Below are positions 52,952 to 64,000 of a stretch of 64,000 nucleotides of DNA, piece after piece. Numbering within the stretch: position 1 is the first letter of the stretch; each line of letters starts with the position of its first letter. Source of the DNA: Eledone cirrhosa (Eukaryota); NCBI GenBank assembly GCA_964016885.1, contig OZ024742.1, positions 77,810,001-77,874,000 on the forward strand, written 5' to 3'. The translations under genes and the position numbers were made by a program. The notes under the pieces are model-generated. The model was not told the DNA's origin. It saw nothing but the letters and a program-made list of their open reading frames with translations, and searched no databases.

Positions 52952-55900
52952 AGTGTAATGGAAGGCAACCTTTTTTTGTAGTTAATCTTCAAATTGTAAT
53001 AATCCTAACCGTTGTTACAGGTATTGCATCAGATGTACTGTGCTTCAATAATAGGTAAATTTTGAATTATTGGGAAAGTTTTCGATTTGAAAATATATAA
53101 TTTGCACATTCAAATTATTAAACATCTTAAAAGATATTGTAAACAACATATTTATCTCTAGAACACTATTTTTCTCCACAATAGAGCAGTTCAACATTGG
53201 TAATCTAGTAATGCGAGCCTGTGCGGTAAGGGGCGAGGCGATCTTTGGAGTGAGGGTGTCCATCTGCAGGCCGTCTCATGTTTCTAGTGGACAAAATGGA
53301 AAAAACGTCGTCCCGGAGGATGGCAAGTAAGACAATAGTGATTGCAACTAGTGGGAGTTGGATGGTCAACTCTCCCTCGCTAGTACTTGGATGGCCTGGA
53401 GGTGTCAACTGCTACAGGTTCGACCACAAACATAACGGAGAGCGACCAATATTTTCATAGTTTGCTATCTTCGGTTCCACGAGCAATGAGCCCTCGAATG
53501 CACCAAGTTGCCGCTGGAGAATATGTACCACCCAGATGAGGAGTTTGCCATTGCAGAATGGGAAGTTCGCTCGGTCCAGTCCCACCGGGTCAAGCTAGAA
53601 AGGGAAGCCAGCGGCATCCAACCAGTACTTTGTCGAGAACAACATAGCGTGAGAGGTGAACAACCCTGTACGGCATGGTAACGAGCACACATTGAAAGTG
53701 TCCGCAGCGGATGCACAGCGGGATGTGTGTAGCTCATAAATCTGGAGGGCGAAGCTCGCGGAGACACAAACATGCAAACAGCCGCTGTGCTGCTGAGCAC
53801 CGTTCGAGAAGAGGGAACGGTCTTTAAAACAAAGTATCTCGGTGTGGTTGGAGACCGAATGAAAACATGCCGGTCGGCATATCTCCTCATCGGATACAAG
53901 AGTAATGATCTGTGAGCAGAGATGCGTGGATGTAGTAATTGGTTCTACGGGAGGTGTATAGAAGCTTCAGAATAGTGAAGCAGTCCCTCGACAGGTTCAG
54001 TCGGCTCGCAAGAGTGTCAGGCTGGAGACATGGGGGTGTTTCGGATGATACGAGAGAGAATCGGTAAACTAAACATAAGAATGTATTCCACCTTGAACTC
54101 ATGTCCGATACGGAGACAGCAAAGCTCTATCTCTCCTATTTGACGTATACGACCTCCATCTGAAATGTTGATCTCGACGCCAATTCTCGACAGAGCAGGA
54201 AACAATGATCGGGGATCGAGTCAAGCACGCATATCATTTTCCTTGTAGCAGACGTTGAATAGAGGCGTGATGCGGCGAGCAACGTTTTTTGCTCTGATAG
54301 TAAAGAGGAGGTATTCACTCGATATCCCTGTTGATTGCCAGTGATGATGTTATGACCATATCCACAGTTGATGTAACGCCTTGACAAGTTAGACCAATGG
54401 GTTGCCAGACAGGACACGGTTGAAACAGCAATTGCACACAGAAATTGCACACAGCAAATACAGCTCCCTTTTGTCCTATGAGTGGTCTGACTGATAGAAA
54501 CGAAGATGTCTCGGGAATAATGTCCCTGATCACCGTGAATGAATCATTTGATGAGTGCGAAGATGTGCTCTTCAGATGACACCCACCTCGGCAGTGAGCA
54601 AAGGCATATATTTGAGGCGGCTGGGTTGGACACCGTCGTCCCCCTCAGCTATTGCTAACAGAGAAATACCTCATCGCAGAGAGGGTCTGTCTTGGAGGCC
54701 ACATATAGCGGATGAGGATCAGGTGAGGTTATGTGTCGAGGTCTGCTAGAGTTCAAGACCTCTTCATTGATGTAGAGGACGGACTCGTCAGAGGGAATTA
54801 CATTAACAGTGGCAGAGACATTGCTCTTGGTGACTTTGGCGTTTACCCGGTCACGTTATGGTACACATGAAAAAGTAAAGTGTATAATGTAGTCTGACAT
54901 AATTACGACGGACGTCTGTGTGAGGGTGGTCGTATTATGCCTACGCCAGAGAAGTGATGAAAGCAATCTCGTTGAAGACACTTCCGGCCTTACTTCCATC
55001 TGTTGATGGTGTCGCATGTGTTGCAGGTTGCCCCATACGGTGTTGGTAGGCTGAACGGCTAATCATCGACTGGAATACTATTCAGCAACATAGATGTAAT
55101 GTCATTTTTCTGGAATTGAGTCACTGATTAGCGTCATAAAATAGATGGACATGGGGTCGTGATATTGAGTTGGTATAGGTTGCGATATTTGTTGAGATAT
55201 CTCTCAAAATCCAACATAGATGATTCGCATGCACTAATTATGAATTTATGTTTGTGTGTAAATTTATGCAAGATGTTAAATTGAATGTTTGCGTGAGTGC
55301 CTGCGAACATACATTTAATAAAAGTGCAATTTAGGGAGAACGTTGAAACTGAAAAAGGAATATTAAAATCTACGAAATAATTTTATTATGCATTATGCTA
55401 TGTGTGTTATTATCAAAACATATTTTTACATCTAGGTATGTATTCCATGGAGGGATAAACATAGAAGATGTACGACACATTAGATAACGTAGTATATCTG
55501 CCGGTCATTAGAATGAGGCAGTTTTTAATAGATTTGTCATGTGAGTTTTTGACAAAATATTTAATATATCCAAACGTTTAACTGGATTATATTTCTTAAT
55601 TAGAATGTTCACCTTGTGTTTGTTTTTTTTGTTAGTTGTGTTATGTTGTCTAGAAATTGATAAATTGGAAAATTCTGAAGTTGGAAATGTTTTGTCCGGC
55701 ATATCTTACAATATTCCCACTCAATGGAATCCTTCTTGTAACATAATGGATCTCAGATTTCTAGTTGGTGGATGATCATCCGATTCCGTAAGCCCTTCCA
55801 AATTATGTCGGTGTAATAAACCCCAAATATGCAGCATATTAAAGCATAGGCATTACCAAGAGAATTGTGTTTACATTTAAATTATTGTCTATATTTGAAT

Positions 55901-56628
55901 CCGAATTCCGAGTCTTCAGCATATATTCAGAGATACCGCGATTAATTCGTCCACAATTTGTTACACGTGGATTACAAACCTCTTTGCTAATTTTAAGCAG
56001 AATCTGCAAACGTACTCATTTAGAACGAGGAACAAGAAAAATGAATAAAAGGTAGTGAGAGAGACGTATATATACTGAGGCATTGTATATAAAACGAGAG
56101 GATATAAAAATAATTTTACTGATAGCGTGTATAGAGACATATTTAAAATCTTGTTTTGCAAGATATGCTTTCAACAGGTTATAGTTTTTGAAATCAACAC
56201 GATATTTGTAGGGCATCGTAGAGGAGAGAGGCATAAAAAAGTAATAAAGATAGAGTGAATAAGGCAAGAGGTTATACAGATAAGGAAAAATAGTATACAT
56301 TTAATGTGGGACTTTACAATGCGTTTTTTTTTTATGAAACATATTCAGAAACACGCTTAGTATATTTTCTTTTGTCAGATATCCATTCACTATATATACG
56401 TATGCAACTATATAACTAAAGAGGCGTGCATATATTAAATCGACCAGATATAGCAAAATACTTTTTCCTAAACCCTTGAAAGAAATAAAAGTAAATTCTC
56501 ACAATTTCGAATTTTTAGATTTTTCTTTAGCTTCCGTTTAATGAAATATTAAGCAAAAGTTATATGTCTGTTCATACAACCCATCACACACACACACAGA
56601 TGTATATATTTATCTCTCTATATATATA

Positions 56629-56706
<78 letters not shown>

Positions 56707-57384
56707 TATGTGTGTATGTGTGCCTGTGTGTGTATATGTGTGTCTGTGCGTGTGTATGTGTGTATGTTTGTGTCTTAACTATTATAACCCTGTGTGTGCG
56801 CTTCTGTTTGTGTGTGTATGCCCTCCACACAAGAAAGCGACTCCAATATTAACCCGTTTCTCAATGAAATATGCAATGTATTTCATAGAAAAAAAAAAAG
56901 ATTTCTTGCATTTTTTACATGAATATTCTGCATTCTGGGTTTTTTCTAGATTTACAACTTATTCTTATCTTGTATATCATACGAATATATAATTTACAAA
57001 CATTTATAAATAGCCCTGCATATATTTTAACACTTATTAGTTTTTATATTCTTTTTTCATTACTCCTCTAAGTATGATAGCTACTGAGAAGTGAAACGAA
57101 AGCAAGCTTACTCAGAAAAATGATACATATCTGCTAAATCATTATATAAAAATCTTGTCGATTGATTGTTATTTTGGTATCACCTACTCAGACAATGTTT
57201 ACCTGGTGCAGTATGCAAATCATAGTGACGCTACTGATACCAGTGCACATTTTGATAAGGGAATTTTAATATTAATGTTGTAGCATATCTTATGCAGTTA
57301 TTTAAACGTAGCTTATCCCTCAGCTATGTCTTCCTTCAGTAACATTGGGCCAATAAAGAAATCATTTTACCCGTAGAATGTGTA

Positions 57385-57579
57385 CGAGGGTCGGCTGAAA
57401 AGTTCATAAGCTGAAGTTGAAGGAGAGATGCTAGTGCGGTAAAATATTTTATGCATTAAATTCAATCCGTATTAAAACTGCATCGTTTCTTGCCAGCGAC
57501 TATATAGAAAAAATAAACCCCATTTCGTCATTCCATGAGAGTAATTTAGTCAGCCTATTAAATTTTCAACCGAACCTCG
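57385..57579. mobile_element. Mariner-derived MITE
   Basis: TA|CGAGGGTCGGCTGAAAAGTTCATAAGCTGA ... TCAGCCTATTAAATTTTCAACCGAACCTCG|TA: imperfect 30-bp TIRs and a TA target duplication. Confidence 0.75.
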
Positions 57580-58641
57580 TATACAAAGTTAACATACGCC
57601 CTGCATTGTGCTGTTATTGTTTTATTGTATGTTTTTTTTTAAAATATCTCGGTACTTTATCCGGCACGACCACCTGTGAGGCTAATTTAGAGTTAATTCA
57701 TTTCGAGACCAGTGAATATATTACCAGTCCAAGAGTGGTGGATTGGACGAGTTGTTGGAGAGTGAGAAGAGATGCATTTGTGTATCTGCTCGGCTCTGAG
57801 TGTTCAAATCAGGCCTTTTGTCTGGAAAAGCTACATTCGGGAGATGCGATTGACATATGGAATCAAGAATATGAAACAAAATAAAAACAAATTCCCCTGC
57901 TTTTTAGAATCGATTATGATTTTGTTGCTGCTTTACCCATGTCACAGCTGATTGATTCGAACTTATTAAAGATATATCAAATACAAGCAATCCATCATTT
58001 TACTGGTATATAAAACTATTGTATAACAGTGTTTTCTTAATGGTAAGAAGGTGTGTTCTTTGAAGACGTTTTGTTTGTTAGTTCTAGCAGGTCGAGCGAC
58101 TACGTAGAAGCACCGGAATGGAGATGGTTTTATTATTACCGCTGAGAAAATTTATACGGCTATTATTATTGATATTGACAAAGTGTATGTTGCTATTATT
58201 ATTGCAGTTACACACGGAGATGTGAACACAAAAACAGCAATTACTATAAAATTTCTATTTAACTCGCACGTCCAAATCAAAAGAGGTTAGCCTCTACACT
58301 ATATGACATTGACAAATGTTTTCCACTCATCGTTAATGGCAGCCAGGCAAAAGACTATGGCAAATCATTCAGAAACACGTAGGCGTTTTAATTAACGCAA
58401 CGTTCGCTTCAGTTGATCGTACTCTCCAAAATTGTACATAACTTTATCGTCCACCGCTTTATTTTATTACAGTAAAGGGAACTAAGCAAGTCGGGGTTAT
58501 CCGCTGAATAACGATGTTCCTGGTGATCAATATGTCGATCATGGTGGCAACGAGATCAACAACAACAATAACAATAGCAGCAGCAGTAACAACAAAGACA
58601 ACAAATACACAGATGATAATAATAACAACAACAACAACAAC

Positions 58642-58673
<32 letters not shown>

Positions 58674-58786
58674 AGAAGACTACACCAAGTAGAAATAAGA
58701 TGCTGATAGCTGTCAGTAGTCTGCACAATGAAATTATGGCGGTCAGATTTAAGAGATTGTTTTTATGTAATATAAATCGAGTATAG

Positions 58787-58884
58787 TCAAACGCAACTCT
58801 GTGAACAACACCCAGAAGAATACTCAAGTTTAAAGACAGAGTGGAAAGAGATTAGAAGCAGAAATCTCCATATAATTTATGAAG
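58787..58884 (+). CDS. Candidate host coding exon, unknown protein
   Basis: tag|...GAAG|gtaaat. Open frame QTQLCEQHPEEYSSLKTEWKEIRSRNLHIIYE; weak acceptor. Confidence 0.25.
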
Positions 58885-59686
58885 GTAAATTCCCAAAACA
58901 GTTTTTCCTGTAATAAATATCAGCAATCGATCGTCTCTCGGTAGGTTCGTGTTAGGAAATCAAATTAATTGCTATAAACTGCTCACATACGTACAAACAG
59001 AGACACCCATACCTATCCACCTACAGATACACTTACCAGCACCTATACAGAATCACGCACATATTAATAGATACTGTGCATCTATTATATTTATATTCAT
59101 TCCCATATATTTGTGTGGCTTTCCTTCACTCCATAGCTTGGAAATAGACGAATCTAAAACGAGCTTTTGTTTCCAAGTTGCAACCTTTGTTTTAACATTC
59201 ATCCAAATATGTAAATATGTGTGTTTTTGTGAGTATCTGCATATGTGTTTGTGTTTGTACGTGTAACGACAGTGTCTTTGAATATAAACAAATACAGAAT
59301 ATTAAGTGAATAAAGAAATCAAAACGTATGTAACACCTAATATTTATTATAATTCTGTAAATGTACATTTGTGAAACTTTGAAATTGGAAACTTATGCAA
59401 ACATTATGAATAAGATGCTACTGCCGAAAGTTTACGAATATATATATATATATAAATGTGTGTGTATAATATATATATATCGTTTCTGAATTTGTTTAGC
59501 AAGATTCTTTATCTGAAAACGTGTGTTGAAACCGATATTGTTATATTTTGGGAGGGTCATGTTGCCAATAAGAAACACACGCACTAGTTGCTTTCACTCC
59601 AATTTATTATTAATTAAATTATAAATTTAAGAAATTTATAAATTTCCGGTTGGTTGGTTCCACAACCTAGCGGTTGTTCATATGTT

Positions 59687-59729
59687 GTCAAAGTTCTTTC
59701 GTCACACATTCTGTGACTTCATCAGTGAC
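59687..59729 (-). ncRNA. Minimal type I hammerhead in the family A terminal repeat (intact core)
   Basis: GUCA-CUGAUGA-a-GUCACA gaaug UGUGAC-GAAA-G aa C-UU-UGAC. Confidence 0.7.
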
Positions 59730-61073
59730 CGGGGATTCTTTACTTTGTTTTGTGCCTCTCCTTTGTTCTGTCCTACGCCATCTTATTTTTGTGTGTGTTG
59801 TTTGCTTAGTTTGCGCATGTGTTTAATCCGGGTGTCTGTGTGTGTTTTTATTTGTTTATTTATTTGTTTATTTACATGTTACTAGCTGGTTGTTTGTTCT
59901 ATGTGTGTGTGTGTTTTTATTTTGTCCTTAATATAAGTTGTGATGTTGCTATTCCATTCATGTTTTCTATTTAATTTTGGTTGGAGTTCATTTATGTTTA
60001 TTGCCTCGTTGATTTGTCTAAACATTGCGTCTTTTCTGTGTGTAGATTTTATTTTTATTTCTATGTTCTCTAATTTGCCCTTATGTTCTATTTTAGCATG
60101 TTGATGGAATACTGATGATTCTTTTCTATCTTGAAGCTCTCGCCATTTAATCGTTCTCCTATACTACGAGCTGTCTCACCTATGTACACTATATTCTTAT
60201 CTTTACATTGTCCCTCAGTATATCTTATGCTATATACTATGTTTCTAGTTCTGGAGTTAATATGGGGGTTTAGTTTACAGATTATGCATTTCTTATCTAT
60301 ACAGGGAGGTCGTTGAAAAGGGTATGTATTACTAATAAGTGTTTTATGGGGGTACCTGGTCTTTCCCCTATCTTAATATTTAGTTTAAGTTTATCTAGGG
60401 CTCTTCTAAATTTGTAACCTAATTCACCTCTAGGGGTTGTATTGATGAACATTACACTCTGGTATTTATTGCTATCATACCATGAGTTTATTCTATTAAC
60501 CTTATTCCTAGTTCTTTCTATTCTATTCCAAAATGTGCTCCTATACAAGGGGCAGGTCCCATTTGTATCATTATTTACCATTTTCCCATTTGGTTCTGGC
60601 TCCTCTATATACACTGATTTTATCTCTCTGATTGTAACCAGAGAAATGCATACGGTGGATGAAGTATTGTATGTGTCTCTCTAGTTGCACATGCGGGACA
60701 CGTTCCTCATCACCAGTACTAAATCCGCAATCATTATGTTCATTTTTATGTGATCCGAAACAGCTGAGAAAAGAAGCAATGTTTAGACAAATCACAAAGG
60801 CAATAAACATAAATGAACTCCAAACAAAATTAAATAGAAAACATGAATGGAATAGTAACATCGCAACTTACAATTAAGGACAAAATGAAAACACACACAC
60901 ATAGAACAAACAACCAACTAGTAACATGTAGATAAACAAATAAATAAACAAATAAAAACACACACAGACACCCGGATATAACACATGCGCAAACTTAGCA
61001 CACAACACACACAAAAACCAGATGGCGTAGGACAGAACAAAGGAGAGGCACAAAACAAAGAAAAGAATCCCCG

Positions 61074-61116
61074 GTCACTGATGAGGTCACATAATGTGTG
61101 ATGAAAGAACTTTGAC
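61074..61116 (+). ncRNA. Minimal type I hammerhead, family A (G-U at base of stem II)
   Basis: GUCA-CUGAUGA-g-GUCACA uaaug UGUGAU-GAAA-G aa C-UU-UGAC. Confidence 0.6.
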
Positions 61117-61267
61117 AATATATGAACAACCGTCCGGTTGTGGAACCAACCAACCAACTGTAAATTTATAAATTTCTTAAATTTATAATTTAATTTATAA
61201 TAAATTGAAGTGAAACAACTGGTGCGTGTGTTTCTTTGTGGCAACATGACCCTCCCAAATTATAACA

Positions 61268-61302
<35 letters not shown>

Positions 61303-61303
<1 letters not shown>

Positions 61304-61457
61304 TCAGAACCACGACGGCTGAGCTCCGGCCGTTTCGACAGCTATAAAGTCGGGGTTCCGACTTTTTTTTCTATTACCCACTGTACCACCCTAAGTATCG
61401 AGTACTCTGCAGGTGCGTTATAGTCCACTTGGTATCTTAACACACCTTCTCTGTTAT
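61303..61457. mobile_element. Family B small element (opposite orientation to 35561)
   Basis: gacggctgagctccggccgtttcgacagcta plus the reverse-complemented tail aagtatcgagtactc...ggtgcgttatagtccac. Confidence 0.65.
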
Positions 61458-61493
61458 ATATATATATACTACTTATATATATATATATATAAA

Positions 61494-61621
61494 TAGTAAC
61501 ACAACAGTTAGTTCACCATACCGAGAACAATGGTTTCACCTTATGCGGGTCTACAGCTCGGACTGCACGGATAAAATGAAATTATTGCTCTCGGTATGGT
61601 GAACTAACTGTTGTGTTACTA
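61494..61621. repeat. Hairpin with ~30-bp perfect outer arms
   Basis: tagtaacacaacagttagttcaccataccgaga / tctcggtatggtgaactaactgttgtgttacta. Confidence 0.9.
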
Positions 61622-61932
61622 CTTCTACCAAACTCGTCCCATGGACTGAAAGCTCTACCACTATGGATATTACCTTCCAGTGTTCTACCTCTCTCTCTCC
61701 CTCTCTCTCTCTCTTGCTATATATATATATATATATATATAACATTAACATAGAAATGGGTTCTACAGGACAAGAACTGTTTCACTCGAACGAAACAGTT
61801 CTAGTCTGTAGAAGCTATTGCTATATTGAATATTGTGGCATACGCTCTACTAATGTATAGAGTACCTTACTTACTGTGATTAGCCCCGATTGGATCCAGG
61901 GCTGACATACGCACACACACACGCACACACAC

Positions 61933-61996
<64 letters not shown>

Positions 61997-62764
61997 TATG
62001 TATGTCTGTATGTATGTATATATGTGTGTGTGTCTGTGTATGTGCGTGTGTGCGTGTGTGTATGTGTGTGTATACGCATGAGAGACTTGTGAACCGAAAG
62101 AGATTTAATGATGGTCTAATTATTGGGTCTTCTCACAACATATTTAGTTTACTAGCCAATGATGAGTCAAGGCATTTTTAAAATAGCAGGCAATTTCCGA
62201 AAATCTGTACCCTACTTAAAGCAGAACATATTGGAGAGATTAGTTAACCGATATTACAGGGTGCTGGTCAAATATTGAATACCTTTTATGATATCTTTGC
62301 TCAATAAGAGCTGGCCTCTGTCTAAATATCAATAGAAACGCTATTTATGTAATGCGGTGGCCTCGTATCAGACTTTTTTCATTCTAGATATAACATCGGA
62401 ATCTCCAAATCACTTTGTACTGTCCTTAAAATACGGGATGGTAATTTTGATACCGTCATACTTGATCATAGATCAGCTGGATGGGTGCTGATTCGAGACA
62501 AAGCATTAGCAATAATTACCTCGATTTACGCTTTTCATAATACGATAGTTGAAACCTATATACTAGAGTGAAGGAAGGCATGTTTCGCTATTTCCGACCT
62601 GGAACGAATTATAAACAAGTTTGATTAATTATTTAACTCATTGATTTCTGAACAATTGCTTTAACTATCAAATGAATGTGAGATACCAGTGACGTAAATA
62701 CAATTGTTAATGTTGCAATTTAGCTTAACGTAGAGCACCAGATAAAACAAAAACATATTTAGTT

Positions 62765-62852
62765 ACGTGTATAAACGGTCCGGGTTCAAATCCCACAGTG
62801 GTCAGCTTTGCTTGACATCCTTCCTGGACCGATAGAATAAATTACCAGTCAA
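62765..62852 (+). mobile_element. tRNA-derived SINE fragment
   Basis: B box GGTTCAAATCC followed by gtcagctttgcttgacatcctt...cgatagaataaattaccagt. Confidence 0.5.
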
Positions 62853-63229
62853 CTAAAAATCCATTTATTCCACTGTAGCTTTCTATATCATCGTTTTATA
62901 TGGGAAATTAATATTATAATTTAGCTTATACAATGTTCGATCGAAATATAACTTCAATGATAATAAAATTGAGATGAATAATGTTTATATTCACTGTATA
63001 CCCATAAGATAACATACTACCTTGCGAAATTTGTAATTGAATCGATATACACTAAATATATTTGTTACATTAGGCTATTTATTATGTTACAACAGCATTT
63101 TCCTTTCGGCAATATAAAGAAACCTTTCATTAATTTGCACGTAATTCAGTGTCAAGATATTCTCCGTTCTCTTTGTATTTATTTCCACCACAACCATTTC
63201 TCTATCATACTCTCCCTAACCCCACAAAC

Positions 63230-63420
63230 ACTCTCTCTCTCTCTCCATCGCTCTGTCTCTCTCTATCTATTACTCTCTCCCTCTCTATCTCTCTCTCTCT
63301 ACATCGCTCTTTCTCTCTCTCTATTACTCTCTCCCTCTCTCTCTCTCTGTCTCTCTATTACTCTCTCTTTCTCTCTACTTTCTGTGTTTCTCATCTCTGT
63401 CCTTATAACTCTCTCTCTCG
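63230..63420. repeat. Degenerate (CT)n tract
   Basis: Direct reading. Confidence 0.85.
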
Positions 63421-63723
63421 CCATCATTTCATCCTACTCTCAGAGGCACATATTCATTAACTTACGATCACTTCATCTGATATTATAATTAAATGGTGTA
63501 CGAAACATAATATATGTATAAGGATAAGAACAGAAAACACTGTTCTCCTATATAAAGATTCCATTTCTTGTAATATAATTCGCTTGGTCATTGTAAACCA
63601 AAGTCCACTTTTGTCATACCCTCACGTGTACATAATATTTCTCCTACCTAATCTAAGTTAAGCAATATTAACATCCTTTCCTCATTGAGAAAACGATACT
63701 AAAAATCTACCGTTTATATTCAG

Positions 63724-63804
63724 CTGTCACAAAGAATAAAATAACCGTGTATCACCTTAAACGGATGAGAGAAAGATCGTTTCCACAGAGAGCAGCTGCA
63801 ATTC
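63724..63804 (+). CDS. Candidate host coding exon (81 nt), unknown protein
   Basis: tttatattcag|...|gtaagt. Open frame VTKNKITVYHLKRMRERSFPQRAAAI, phase 1 to phase 1. Confidence 0.35.
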
Positions 63805-64000
63805 GTAAGTAACTACTGTATCCTATTTATTATCAATTGTTAGTATAGAATGCCATTTAATATTTGAAATCTATAGCACAGAATTATTTCTTTACTGGTA
63901 TCTAGTCTATGTTTAAAAGCCTATTATTTACTTGGTAAAAGAGACCAATATGTTTTGAAGTGTTGACTGATGTTTGGCTCTCCGTTAGACCGATCGATCA

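Larger units (their letters stand above)
59481..61270 (-). mobile_element. Penelope-like family A copy P5, decayed, with inverted second arm (~60765-61270)
   Basis: Frameshifted family A ORF on minus (GTCPLYRS, YDSNKYQSVMF). The plus arm repeats AMFRQITKAINI...HEWNSNIATYN and the terminal repeat. Confidence 0.85.

Noticed and set aside
57930-58110. Faint dispersed repeat (also ~18820-18970, 42940-43080, 62370-62500)
   Set aside because: Similarity is too degenerate to fix boundaries or class by eye.

Overview
AT-rich, microsatellite-dense eukaryotic DNA (the repeats resemble Octopus/cephalopod DNA, which is my inference) made mostly of decayed transposable elements. These include an R4/Dong-like LINE, two tandem L1/Tx1-like LINEs, CRE-, RTE- and CR1-like fragments, a deleted mariner and a mariner MITE, tRNA-derived SINE pieces, and many Penelope-like elements (PLEs). 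No complete host gene is visible; there are only a few weak exon candidates. The notable signal is RNA structure that the ORF track misses: type I hammerhead ribozyme (HHR) motifs from at least four sequence families. (1) A young, non-coding array of three 312-bp units plus an inverted unit (35804-37115). Each tandem unit carries a minus-strand HHR with a U3-A8 compensatory core and a long G-U-rich stem I, making it a retrozyme-like candidate with PLE-type ends. (2) A solo ~320-bp element with a canonical HHR (21287-21341). (3) Seven copies of a minimal HHR in the terminal repeat of one RT/GIY-YIG PLE family. (4) An HHR with a 106-nt stem II domain downstream of a second GIY-YIG PLE. Several small hairpin-plus-tail elements in (TA)n tracts appear to contain only the 3' half of a hammerhead. 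All ribozyme calls come from pairing bases by eye; no activity is shown.
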